Of a stretch of DNA of 64,000 bases, positions 1-13,192 are shown in pieces. The stretch covers positions 97,402,001 to 97,466,000 of the forward strand of contig OX597817.1 in NCBI GenBank assembly GCA_951406725.2. Direction: 5' to 3'. The notes under the pieces were generated by a model that saw only the letters and a list, made by a program, of their open reading frames with translations, did no database searches and had not been told where the DNA came from. Position 1 is the stretch's first letter; every line of letters starts with the position of its first letter. The translations under genes and the position numbers were made by a program. Source of the DNA: Octopus vulgaris. Its lineage: Eukaryota.

Positions 1-450
1 ACCATAAACAAAATTAGATATAAAAAAAAAAACATTAAATACATAAACTAAATTAATAGAAAACATTAATAGTAAATACAAACAGGATTAACACGTTACT
101 AAATTGTGGGCCTGAAAACTCGCAACGCTAACGGTTGGATTCTTAATTAAACCTGCAGTAATAAAAGTAACCACTGGGAAAAAGACACAATAGAAACCAA
201 CAGCTCTGCCTATCCTGATAATGAGAATAAGAAACTCCGGAAACATCGATGATAAGGAAGTTACGAACATCATTCTTCGTAACAAACTACAAGTTTCTCA
301 TGTGAATAAATGAATGAATGAATGAATGAATAAATAAATAGAAAGATTAAACTGGAATAAAGTTGTGCTTTCAATATGAATAGATATGCGTACATAGGCA
401 CACACATGCACACATACATACATGCATATCTATCTATTCATCTGTATATA

Positions 451-515
<65 letters not shown>

Positions 516-744
516 ATTTCTTTATTACACACATGAGGCTAAACACAGAGCGGACAAACAAGGACAGACATAAGTATTAAGTCGATTACATCGACCCCAG
601 TGCGTAACTGGTACTTAATTTATCGACCCCGAAAGGATGAAAGGCAAAGTCGACCTCGGCGGAATTTGAACTCAGAACGTAACGCAGACGAAATACCGCT
701 AAGCATTTCGCCCGGTGTGCTAACGTTTCTGCCAGCTCGCCGCC
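516..744 (-). mobile_element. tRNA-derived SINE (family B)
   Basis: Minus strand begins GGCGGCGAGCTGGCAGAAACGTTAGCAC and carries the B-box-like GAGTTCAAATTCC. The same sequence recurs at 19348-19730 and, degenerate, at 32640-32835. Flanked by (TA)n. Confidence 0.8.
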
Positions 745-769
745 TTTATATATATATATATATATATAC

Positions 770-1307
<538 letters not shown>

Positions 1308-1358
1308 TTATCAATTCGTTTTGCAAGATTCCTAATGTGAAATCCCATGTTGAAACAG

Positions 1359-1624
1359 ATATTGTTGTATTTCGAGATTGATTGATTGATTGATTGATTC
1401 TAGTTTCAGCTCACAAGCTGTGGCATGCTGGGGCCACACGCCCTATATATATTTTTTCACTCGTTTATTACTGCTCTTATTTTATTATTTTAACTCATGT
1501 CCATTGTCCAGAAAATGTTTGTCACACATCTTCAGCGACACTTTTCGTTCTTGCTCCACTTACTCTGTTCTCAACATCTAAGATGTGTATCCTTATGTGC
1601 GCATGCGTTTGTGTCCTTGTGTGT

Positions 1625-1681
<57 letters not shown>

Positions 1682-1948
1682 CTTGAGTGTGTGTGTGCGT
1701 GTGTGTGAGTGTGTGTGTGTGTGCACAAGCAAGGAAACAAACGCATGCGCACATAGAGATACACATCTTAGAAGAACAGAATGAAGTGGCGCAAGAACAC
1801 GCACGAAACCGAAAAGTGTCGCTTAAGAGGTCACAGATGTGTGACGAAATGAACATGAACATGATTTAAAATAATAAAAGAAGAACAGTAATAAACGAGT
1901 GTAGAAAATAATATATAGTATTTGGCAAAAAATATACCATCCCGAAAT

Positions 1949-1958
<10 letters not shown>
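1359..1958. mobile_element. MITE/foldback element with long imperfect terminal inverted repeats around a (TG)n core
   Basis: Ends ATATTGTTGTATTTCG ... CGAAATACAACAATAT. Arms 1445-1620 and 1722-1915 are reverse complements (e.g. CACTCGTTTATTACTG / CAGTAATAAACGAGTG). Confidence 0.75.
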
Positions 1959-1989
<31 letters not shown>

Positions 1990-2344
1990 AATTGAGATAG
2001 GGGTTGTAAATGCAACCCTCCATGGGATAACATATATCCAATATACTGCTAGTGAAGTACCCAACAAAGTTAATACATAAATGTTAAGGATTGCGATGCA
2101 ATCAATTCATTTACTGTATAATATGGGCAAAGGTAAAATGATTTACCACAAATTACTAATACAAGATAAAAAAATGGAGAAATACATCTAAATCAAATAT
2201 CAATTACCAGATAATACTCAATCACATACTTTCTCGAAAAAAATTTTATCAATGGCCAGCATATTAAAAAATACCTTTAACGGTTAAATTTATCAACAAT
2301 TCATAAATGAGGGCAAAGGAAAAATTTTCTAATGCCAAATATGC

Positions 2345-2393
<49 letters not shown>

Positions 2394-2462
2394 TGTATTT
2401 CTTCCTCCGTCCTTCTTTAATTCTTTTTTCTCCCTCGCCCTCCTTCGCCGTTTTCTATCTAC

Positions 2463-2520
<58 letters not shown>

Positions 2521-3005
2521 TTGATCACACATGACCATCGTCCATCTTTCTTTTCCTCACGTGACCATCTTTCTTTTTCTGCACTGACGTTCAAAAGAGC
2601 AGACGTATTTTTTTATCGCTTTCTTCTATCTTTTCTCTTTTTAAAAAAATATGTTTCTCCCAGTGTTCGCTATTTTCTCTAGTTCTGGTCAAATGACCCT
2701 CCATGTTCGTTTTCATTCGGTTTCCTTGTATATCTCCACTGTCATGTTTTTGTTCCCAACTTTGACCCTCCATAAATCATAAATTCTATTTTAGAATTTA
2801 TGTGAGCAACTGTCTTTGAAGACTCACATTATCGTTGATTGCTCGAAATGAAGAGTAGACAGACATCCGACAACTGTTGAAGGGTCCTTTCTCTGAGCTC
2901 ACGTGTTTGCGCATTTCATGTTATTTGCACCGTGGGTGACGTCCTGTACCCATATATGCATATATGCATATATATATATATATACATACATATATATATA
3001 TATAT

Positions 3006-3398
3006 TACTCTTTTTTTTTTTACTCTTTTACTTGTTTCAGTCATTTGACTGCGGCCATGCTGGAGCAAATCGAACCCGGGACTTATTCTTTGTAAGCCCA
3101 GTACTTATTCTATCGGTCTCTTTTGCCGAAACGCTAAGTGACGGGGACGTAAACACACCAGCATCGGTTGTCAAGCAATGCTAGGGGGACAAACACAGAC
3201 ACACAAACATACATATATATATATATATATACATATATACGACAGGCTTCTTTCAGTTTCCGTCTACCAAATCCACTCACAAGGCATTGGTCGGCCCGGG
3301 GCTATAGTAGAAGACACTTGCCCGAGATTCCACGCAGTGGGACTGAACCCGGAACCATGTGGTTGGTTAGCAAGCTACTTACTACACAGCCGTTCCTG
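3006..3398 (-). mobile_element. tRNA-derived SINE (family A)
   Basis: Head GGCTGTGTAGTAAGTAGC...GGTTCAGTCCC, internal (TA/CA)n, tail CAGTCAAATGACTGAAACAAGTAAAAGAGT. Near-identical copies occur elsewhere in the window. Confidence 0.85.
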
Positions 3399-3731
3399 AT
3401 ATATTACAAATAAGAAAATGGAAAAGCACATTAGTTGGTTCATCAGCTTTAGGATAATAAAATGTTGACTTATTTATTTATTTATCAAAACGACAACGAT
3501 AATAATATACATATATATATATTATATAATTCAATGCATATAATATAAGAATACAAGTAGTTATTAAAAAACATGAATATAAATTATTAAAATCACTTAC
3601 AGCTGTTTCAGCCTTTGGAAAAATGTAACTCATTGTGCCTATGTAAGTCAAGTGTATTGGGGTGGTAGGCAATTGAAAATGAGGTACAATCAAAAGTATA
3701 AATATATACATGAAACAAGATACACGCACAA

Positions 3732-3791
<60 letters not shown>

Positions 3792-3987
3792 GTATATATA
3801 TAAATATATACATATATATACATATATACACATATACGTGTACTTAAATATATAAATAGACATAATTATACATACAAGCATATAGATAATTAATTACATA
3901 TCCTGGAGCGTACATATACATCCATATCTATGAGTACACATATAATATTTAATTATTACTAATATTATTATAATTATTATTATTATT

Positions 3988-4541
3988 GAGTGAGCGAGCA
4001 GAGCATGCCATCAAAGTGACACTGGGGTAAAATATACTAAGCCCAGTATACCCATCATGACTACCCGTCTGATAAGGTACACCAGGCACATGCATCACAA
4101 CCATATGTGCGCGACATGGTGATCTCATATCAAGATAAACAGCACATGACCTTGCAGGTGGGGCCCAGTTAGAATTTTCTTCAGATCGAGTAACCCATCC
4201 CGCTCAAAAGGTCCCTGAATAAGGGTTGTTTAAGGATGTTGAACGAAACACCCATGTTTCCAGAGGTGAATTATTCAAACCCCAAAGAATCCTTCTCAAC
4301 ACATGGCTATGATGCTCCCCCACTACTTCTGCTCGTGATCAGAGATGCACATATCGTCAGCCACTAAGGAACATGCTCAACTGGTTAAGGTCAAACAACT
4401 CACAAGCAAATCTGTGGTATTGAGCAGAATATTTGCTGTAGCCCATCTTTTATACCAAGACAAAACAATGTACATGATAACACTTCCAATCAGTTAAGAT
4501 CAGAAGCCATGAGAGCCACTGCCTGGTACTGCATCAGGGCA

Positions 4542-4543
<2 letters not shown>
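3988..4543. mobile_element. Unclassified ~550-bp interspersed repeat inserted in an (ATT)n tract
   Basis: GC-richer block with sharp edges and (ATT)n on both sides; no ORF. Repeat status is inferred. Confidence 0.45.
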
Positions 4544-4638
<95 letters not shown>

Positions 4639-4742
4639 GATGATGATGATGATGATGATGATAATAATAATAATAATAATAATAATAATATTAATAATAA
4701 TAATAATAATAATAATGATAATAATAATAATAATAATAATAG
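4544..4742. repeat. Compound trinucleotide microsatellite (ATT)n-(GAT)n-(AAT)n
   Basis: Direct reading. Confidence 0.95.
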
Positions 4743-5326
4743 ATTCTGTGTATTCTTCACTTCCCAATACATAGTGTAAGAAATTCAAATATATAGTATA
4801 CTATAATATAATATAAACAGATATTTATGAAAGATGTAATCTTATTAATTTTAAAATGACAGTCAATATATTCATATATCATACAGTTAATATAGAGTTA
4901 TTACATTATTATTCTGCATACACATAAGTATATGCGTGTGGGCAACAAATACATGCACATGAACATATATACATACGTACAAATATACACCAATACCTAT
5001 ATAATTTTTTTTCTTTTCAACATAACGAAAATATACATACATATTACGACAACATATTTATAATATAATTTTCCAGAAAATTGCGTAATAAAAGTTCATA
5101 TATTAAGAGATAAGTTATGTGTGCCTTGTTATTCGTTATATATTAATATTTTAGTGGTTTAAATCTATCGGGGATTGGGGAGCGATTATTTTTCATCGTA
5201 AGCTAAATCTTTGTCTCGGTTACGGTTCGCTGATTGAGAACCAAATGAGTAAAACTAATTTTAAATAGATCATAAATAATTGAAAACGTTAATAATATTT
5301 ATATATCCATATCTTAACGTACATAT

Positions 5327-5380
<54 letters not shown>

Positions 5381-5386
<6 letters not shown>

Positions 5387-5681
5387 ATCACGTGACCGAC
5401 CAGACCGTCATATGTTGTTACACATCGCTGGTCACAATGCCTTCGCATTGTTTTGGCCTTCGATTGACGCCACCCCGCTGGCTAAGCGAGCAGGCCAAAA
5501 GAAGAAAGAGTGAGAGAAAAAGTGGTGAAAGAGTACAGCAGGAATCACCACCCCCTGCCGGAGCCTCGTGGAGCCTTTAGGTGTTTTCGCTCAATAAACA
5601 CTCACAACGCTCGGCCTGGGAATCGAAACCGCAATCCTACGACCGCGAGTCCGCTGCCCTAACCACTGGGCCATTGCGCCT

Positions 5682-5684
<3 letters not shown>
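5381..5684 (-). mobile_element. tRNA-derived SINE (head C, tail Y)
   Basis: Minus strand GGAGGCGCAATGGCCCAGTGGTTAGGGCAGCGG...GGTTTCGATTCCC (A and B boxes); head shared with the SINE at 16815. Confidence 0.8.
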
Positions 5685-5727
<43 letters not shown>

Positions 5728-5749
5728 CTAAACGTACATATTAATACAT

Positions 5750-5798
<49 letters not shown>

Positions 5799-5804
<6 letters not shown>

Positions 5805-5995
5805 TATATAGAAGGAGCTTCTACAGGACTAGAACTGTTTCATTCAATAGAAATCTTCAGGAAGCTCCTGAAGATTTCTCTTGAATGAAACAGTTCTAGT
5901 CCTGTAGAAGCTCCTTCTATATAATAAATTAATTTTACTCTGCTATGTATTGAGTACCTTATTTACTGTGGTTAACCCCGAATCAACCCGGGACC

Positions 5996-5998
<3 letters not shown>
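5799..5998. mobile_element. Inverted pair of PLE pseudo-LTR fragments: ~130-bp palindrome (5799-5929) with two hammerhead motifs
   Basis: Arms of about 64 bp with one mismatch; each arm reads CTGAAGA..GAAA-CAG..CTG-TA-GAAGCT. Flanked by (TA)n. Confidence 0.7.
5863..5912 (+). ncRNA. Type I hammerhead ribozyme motif (mirror copy on the minus strand at 5816-5866)
   Basis: agct(t)c-CTGAAGA-tttc tctt gaat-GAAA-cag ttctagtc ctg-TA-gaagct. The minus copy has a perfect 6-bp stem I (AGCTTC/GAAGCT) and a GUA cleavage triplet. The stem II closing pair is non-canonical. Confidence 0.6.
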
Positions 5999-6049
<51 letters not shown>

Positions 6050-7096
6050 TATATATGTATACATATATGTACTAATAATAACATTAACAAGTAAAATAAT
6101 ATATTATTTTATTTTATTTTATGTAAAAACTATGTAATTTATTAATGTATATTTTCTTAGCAACTAAAATGTGTAACATAAGTTTGGAGTATGAATTTGC
6201 AATATATCGAAGATAACTACTATAGGTATATATAAATAGATACACCGTATTTATATCCCGTTATTACAATGTAAATCGTTAAATTTATTTTCAAATTAGT
6301 TATTAAACGTTAACAATAAATTCATATATTAGCTATACTTGCATAAGTTGATCGAAGGGAAGTAATTCAGGATTATTTATCTACAACATTTTAATAAAGC
6401 ATACAAACCCCTATATAATAGGTGGACTAATTAATTAGTTAACTAAACAAACAAATATATAATCCAAACTTATGTTATATAGATTTTATATATATATTAC
6501 ATGCCGTCAACGTATATATATTGAAGTATACAAATATATACGCATATATACATACGTACATATACATAAATATACACATACGCACTTATATACGGATATA
6601 TTCAACCACAAAGCCACAGATGCATATATACAGCCATGCCTATATTAATATATATATACATACATATACATTTATACACCAACATATATATCCATATATA
6701 CAAACACAGACATATCTATATACATTTATACACTTGGTTAACACAACAATCGAACAAATAAACTTATTATTAGTTAAATAATTTTATATAGGCATCACGT
6801 TCATTAAATAAGCAAAAACTTACCTATGTCTATAAATACATTGATATAGACACTTACATATACATACATGTAAACCTCCATACATACAATATTAATTGAT
6901 ATACATACATACCCATATACATCTACATATATACATACCCATATACATCTACACATTTACATACATATATACATATACATACATATGTCCATATATATAC
7001 ATAACATTCATTTATACATTCATCCACACATATATATATACATATATACACATATATACATCTACATGGTCATACACATACATACTTACACTTAGA

Positions 7097-7147
<51 letters not shown>

Positions 7148-7302
7148 AAGTTGGTTTGTGAAAGCACGTGGTTGAATATATAGAAAATAGTAAAAAGTGA
7201 AAAAACTACAGAAGGCTTGTTTTAAAAGGTTAAAAAATATATATTTGAGTCAATATGTCTGAAGAATATTATAAATCTTTTTCTTACAATGACATAGTTT
7301 AG

Positions 7303-7342
7303 AAGAAATGACCGGTTTCGCGTTCAGCTTTTCAAATTTCTT
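7303..7342 (-). ncRNA. Minimal type I hammerhead ribozyme motif (U3-A8 variant)
   Basis: Exact reverse complement of 8978-9017. Confidence 0.7.
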
Positions 7343-7424
7343 ACATCGTTATGTTTATGTTGAGAAGAGTTCTAGATAAAGGGCGGTAATAAGTGATTTC
7401 TTCCGGTGTACGGGAGATAATCAC

Positions 7425-8273
7425 TTAAAATGTTTTTCCTTTCCTTTGGGGTAAATTTCTCTGTATAAGTATGTTGGAATGGTTAAGTCTGGGCTTGTAC
7501 TTTTCAATGAAGAATGTTTCCTTGTTTAGTCTAATTTGTGTTGGTGTTCCGATAGCACATTGGTAAAATGGAAAGATTAAAAATTGCGGTAGTAGTTGCT
7601 TTGCGCATTTCTCAATGTGCTCACTAAAAGGTATCATTCTGTATTCTGGGAATGCAATCTGTTGTCGATGCAGTGTGCATCTACGTCTGAGTGATAGTCC
7701 CGTGGATCCCACGTAGTCTTGGTGGCAGCCCGAGCATTTTATGACATAAATTATGTTTTCAGAGGCACAAGTAAAATTAGATTTGATCTTGAATTTCTGT
7801 CCCTCTTTGAAGAGGAATTCTGATCCTTCTAGCAGGTTTGGACATGTTGCACAGTTCGGTCTACCACATTTTTTTACTTTTGCATCCGTAATTTCAGAAA
7901 ACAATTTTGCCTTTGTGAGAATCTTTTTAAGTGATTTAGGTTGTTTGTAGCTTTTAATGATTTGGTGTATGTTTAGAATTTCCTTTAATTTGGGGTCCTT
8001 ATGAAGTATTGGTAAATTCTGGGTGATGATGGTGAAGGCTTCTTTGTTTCTGGGGTTGTATGTGGATATGTAAGGTAGTATTTTCGGGGAAGGTGTGTTG
8101 TTGTGTTGAACTTTTCTTAAAGTTTCTATGTTGATTTCTGTTGTACGCCTGATCCCATCCTCTATGAGTTGAGCTGGGTAATGTCTGTCAATTAGGGTGT
8201 TTTTGAGTTCTTGCAGTCTAAAGTTCCTGGTATTTTGTTCTGACACCTTCAACCTTGCAAGAAGGATATGCAC
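7425..8273 (-). pseudogene. PLE C-terminal ORF fragment (linker, Zn-knuckle, GIY-YIG endonuclease)
   Basis: IIY-x10-YVG motif, conserved R..H and E (RLNKE), ends KPRLN. Confidence 0.85.
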
Positions 8274-8430
8274 AATAGTGCATATCCTTCTTGCAAGGTT
8301 GAAGGGGATGTTTGTTTTAGTGTGTCTTGTGTGGCATGGATTAAAAAGAAGGTATTGTTTGGCGTCTGTGGCTTTGTAAAAATGTCTGTTTCTATTTTAA
8401 GGTTAATTTTTTTAATTAGTATATCCAAGA

Positions 8431-9137
8431 ATGCTTGAAGGATCAGAATTCCTCTTCAAAGAGGGACAGAAATTCAAGATCAAATCTAATTTTACTTGTG
8501 CCTCTGAAAACATAATTTATGTCATAAAATGCTCGGGCTGCCACCAAGACTACGTGGGATCCACGGGACTATCACTCAGACGTAGATGCACACTGCATCG
8601 ACAACAGATTGCATTCCCAGAATACAGAATGATACCTTTTAGTGAGCACATTGAGAAATGCGCAAAGCAACTACTACCACAATTTTTAATCTTTCCATTT
8701 TACCAATGTGCTATCGGAACTCCAACACAAATTAGACTAAACAAGGAAACATTCTTCATTGAAAAGTACAAGCCCAGACTTAACCATTCCAACATACTTA
8801 TACAGAGAAATTTACCCCAAAGGAAAGGAAAAAAAGTTTAAGCGATTATCTCCCTTACACCGGAAGAAATCACTTATTACCTCCCCTTATCTAGAACTCT
8901 TCTCAACATAAACATAATGATAACTCTTCTCAACATAAACATAATGATAACTCTTCTCAACATAAACATAACGATGTAAGAAATTTGAAAAGCTGAACGC
9001 GAAACCGGTCATTTCTTCTAAACTATGTCATTGTAAGAAAAAAAAATTTATAATATTCTTCAGACATATTGATTCAAATATATATTTTTTAACCTTTTAA
9101 AACAAGCCTTCTGTAGTTTTTTCACTTTTTACGATTT

Positions 9138-9139
<2 letters not shown>
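8431..9139 (+). mobile_element. Inverted second arm of the same PLE (GIY-YIG ORF 8431-8841 and pseudo-LTR)
   Basis: Protein identical to the C-terminal part of 7425-8273 except the last 2 aa; DNA is the reverse complement of ~7183-7834. Ends in (TA)n. Confidence 0.9.
8978..9017 (+). ncRNA. Minimal type I hammerhead ribozyme motif (U3-A8 variant)
   Basis: AAGAAAT-TTGAAAA-GC tgaac GC-GAAA-CCGG-TC-ATTTCTT: 7-bp stem I, 2-bp stem II, palindromic ACCGGT stem III, GUC site. Confidence 0.72.
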
Positions 9140-9186
<47 letters not shown>

Positions 9187-9211
9187 ATGTATGTATATGT
9201 AGGTTCTTTGA

Positions 9212-9249
<38 letters not shown>

Positions 9250-9472
9250 TCAAAGAACCTACATATACATACATACATACAAATATACATACACAAGCCC
9301 ACATATACACACACCCCTACACACATATATATATATGTAAAAGCAAATACACACACACACATATATACACATACATATATACACATACACATACGCTTAC
9401 ACACACAAACATATTTATATATCCTAATATAAATACATAAATGCACATATATATCTACATAAGTATAAACTA

Positions 9473-9541
<69 letters not shown>

Positions 9542-9737
9542 TTCACCTACCTTTAAAACCTAATATACATAATTAACAACAAAATAAGAACTAAAAACAT
9601 ATATATATATACATACCCAAACCTATGTACATGCATGCACACATATACATGCATACATACATATTACAAACTTCCTGCACAGAAACATATGCAAATATAT
9701 ATATATATATACATACATACATATATAGATACATAGG

Positions 9738-9778
<41 letters not shown>

Positions 9779-9799
9779 CTATATATATCTACAGCCTAT

Positions 9800-10561
9800 T
9801 GCAATTTAACTATTAAGATACATTAAAGTAATAATTGTTCACTCTAACTAATTACAGCTGATTCAATGGGTAAATTAGAATATGTTTTATTTGTATTTGG
9901 AGAAAGTATACCCAATTTTATGAAGACATGAGACAATATTGACTTAAAATTGTTAATGTGCGGTAATTTAGCCCTAGTTAGAAAGAAAATTTCATTAATA
10001 CATAGTGAACATTTTCTATTTTTATTATTATACGCAGGTGCTGATATTAGTATCTTCCATTGTAAATTATAATTAATTTTTTTATCTTTAAGTTCCCATA
10101 TATATATGTACTTAACCCTGTAGAATTTCTCCTATTTCTGTTTCTAAATGTATATCTGTGATAATTAAATCTTTGTTTCAAATTATTCTTCGTAGCTCCA
10201 ATATAAACCTTCCTGACGTATTGTGTACTTACTATACATTGATATACTACCTCCTTCCTAATGTAGTCATTATTAAATACACAATTTTTTCTTATTCTAC
10301 AATTACACTTTCTATGTTGTTGTGCAGGGTTTATGTTATTGGAGTTAATAGTCACAATATTATTATTATTATCAGTATTATTTACTATGTCATTGTCCAT
10401 CTGCAAACTATTATTAATATTATTATTATTGTTCCTATTATTATTATTGTTATTGTTATTACCTATAATGTTATCATTATTATTTTTATTATTGTTGTTG
10501 TTGTGGTGGTATTTCCATTATTATTGTCATTTCGATTATTACTATTATTATTATTATTAAC

Positions 10562-10627
<66 letters not shown>

Positions 10628-11011
10628 TGTTATTATTATTATTATTATTATATTTTGTGCTATTGTTATTCATGTTTGTGTTACTTAAATTATTTTTTCT
10701 ACTTAGATAGAAATTGTCAAGTTTTCTATTGTTAATTGAGGATATGATGGTGGCTATATCCTATTGTTATTGTTTTTTATTAATTATTTCCCAATATTTT
10801 TTCCTTTTTCAAAATGTTTGTTTATTATATTGAAAATATTTTGTACTATATTATTTTTTATTTGCATAGCATAAGGTATTATTAACCATAAAATATCCAT
10901 TTCATTATTTTCATTACAAGGTTTTCAATTTCCTTATTTTTATTCCTACTTTTATAACTTTTATAATTAATAGTATTCTTTTTGTTATAATTTATACTAA
11001 ATATTTCATTA

Positions 11012-11063
<52 letters not shown>

Positions 11064-11696
11064 CATTTATGGGATTTCCAATCCTATTTATACTATTGTT
11101 ACTATTTTTATTTTATTTTTATTATTATTGTTGTTATTTATCTTTTTATTTGTATTAGTGCTGTATTTGTCTAAACTAAGTGTGTTTGTTGTTATTATTC
11201 TATGCTGAGTATTAATGTTAATATTATTGGGGATATATTTTATTTTACCATTATATCCTGCCTTATGTAATGCTCTATTGTATTTTTCCCAATGACTATT
11301 AAATATATCTTCATTCGAAGATAGGTTAGAAATTCTTTTACTTATGTTTAGTAGTAGGGCTTTTTTTATTTGCGGAGGGTGATTACTGGAATTATTTATA
11401 TATCTTAAATTAGAATTTTGTTTCACATAAGGTTCGTAGAGTTCAGTATTAGGGTTGCAATTAACATCTAAGTAATTTATAAAATAATATTAATTTTCGA
11501 TAGTTATGGATAGGCCAAAATTATTTGTGCAAACCTTTTTAAAGTATTTCTAGACGTCTATTCGAAAGATTCCTAACTAGGAATAATGCATCGTCTCTAT
11601 AAAGACCACCAGTTAATTCAGGGAATTCCTTACCTATATTGTCTAATAAATAAAGACCTACCATGTCAGTCGTTTCCGCTGAGTTTGGCGATCCCA
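9800..11696 (-). mobile_element. Decayed Penelope-like element (Hydra-like): RT motifs and GIY-YIG, linker expanded by (AAT)n
   Basis: Minus strand LGSPNSAETTDMVGLYLL...GGLYRDDA (~11590-11696), INYLDV, YINNSSNHPPQI (11088-11426), CNCR..VVYQC..VYIGAT..KQRFNYHRYTF (10047-10406). Confidence 0.85.
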
Positions 11697-12934
11697 AAAA
11701 ACGATAGACATCCAAGAGTTACAGAAAACAAAACAACACCATGACACACTTAAAGCTCTATCTTACGTATCAACACACAGTTCAAGAAACCAGGAAGCAT
11801 ACAACATCATCCATCAAAACATACCCATCCTTATGAAGGACCCACGAATGAAAAAGACACTAGAAACACATAGGATTATTAAAAGCAAGAGACAACCAAC
11901 AACCTCTAAAAAAAATTACTCACCAGCGCCAAATTACCCACCAAAAATATAACCCCACAAGTCAAAAAATGCAACCGACCTAACTGCGGAACTTGCACCT
12001 TTATGCAAATTTAAGTCACGCCTAACTTTTACCATAAAACATGACTTCATCTGTGCTTCGAAGAACTTAATCTATGTTCTTAAATGTGGAGGTTGTGGTG
12101 GAGACTACATTGGTCAAACAAGCTTAACTTTGAGGGATAGACTTACGGTGCACAGACAACAAATCCGGGACCCCACGACTAGGAAAATTCCCGTTAGCCA
12201 ACACCTAGACCAATGCCTCGTAGACAAAAACCCTAAATACCAAAGCTTCCCTTTCTATCAATGCACTGGAAACACTTCAACCCAATTCCGTTTAAATAAG
12301 GAAAACATACTGATTAAAAGATATAAACCACAGCTAAATATCCTTTAGAAAGAAAAAGATCAGCATAAAGAAGAGAAAAACACCCAATTTCAACACAAAA
12401 AAAATAAAATTTTAGTAACAATCTTCCACCCGGGTTTCGAAACCGCAGCTCCAAATCACCACACAAACACAAGAAGCTGACGTCACCCACCTCCAGTCCA
12501 ACGAAATTCCACAGACACCAGTTGCTGATGTCACATAATTCCAAACCAATTAAAACCGAACTTCAGCGAATGCAACGAAAAGACCCTTTAAGAGAACCAA
12601 CCAACCGGAACGACCTATAACCGTATCCGCAAGGAAACCAACCAACGGAAGAAAAACGTCATCAATTTTTAACGAATCAAAATCAGATCCGCTCGCAGAA
12701 AAAAAATTAATAAATACATCTTTTCCTAAACATACCATTACGAGCGAGAGCGACTGTTTAAAGAAGATCTGAGAAACCGTAAACCAAATTTCCTTTTCTT
12801 TACTATTTTAATTCTCATTTTTTTTTCAGTATGACTTCTCGACCCCCACTGAAATTAATGAACCTTGTACATTCTAAGAAATTAATATACAGTTTTAATT
12901 TCAAGCTTACACTTGTTTTGAACATGATAATTGA

Positions 12935-13021
12935 TCAACATTGAAACATTTTAAGTTATCAACATTGAAACATTTTAGTTTGTCAACATTGAAACATTTT
13001 GATTTGTCAACATTGAAACTT
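12935..13021 (+). repeat. 24-bp tandem repeat, ~3.6 copies
   Basis: Unit TCAACATTGAAACATTTT followed by 6 variable bases. Confidence 0.85.
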
Positions 13022-13038
13022 ATAACTTTTTACACTTT

Positions 13039-13080
13039 TACCATTGATAAACAAAAAATATCGTTGAAACTAGTTTGGTA
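13039..13080 (+). ncRNA. Minimal type I hammerhead ribozyme motif (U3-A8 variant)
   Basis: TACCA-TTGATAA-ac..gtt-GAAA-CTAG-TT-TGGTA: 5-bp stem I, palindromic ACTAGT stem III, GUU site; stem II is weak. Confidence 0.6.
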
Positions 13081-13192
13081 TATATGTAAATAAATGTATT
13101 TTAAACATTTACGAGCTTTTGAAATTTAAGTGCATTTTCAACAACACATTTCCCTATATTTTTCCTGTGTGGAAACACCACACTCTCTTTTG

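Larger units (their letters stand above)
7144..8430 (-). mobile_element. Penelope-like element (Neptune-like), 5'-truncated: RT thumb, GIY-YIG endonuclease and pseudo-LTR
   Basis: FLDILIK...ETDI.YKATDAKQYL..CH..HTKTNIPFNLARRICTIV (frameshifted), continuing into ORF 7425-8273 with CGRPNCATC and NIIYVIKCSGCHQDYVGST. Ends in (TA)n. Confidence 0.9.

Noticed and set aside
2810-2862. CTGTC-tTTGAAGA...GAAA...GTA-GACAG, possible hammerhead
   Set aside because: Stem I is plausible but stems II and III do not pair; at best a dead relic.
12935-13021. Regularly spaced short repeats resembling a CRISPR array (also 8895-8975 and 58955-59110)
   Set aside because: Head-to-tail repeats without unique spacers, eukaryotic context, no cas genes.
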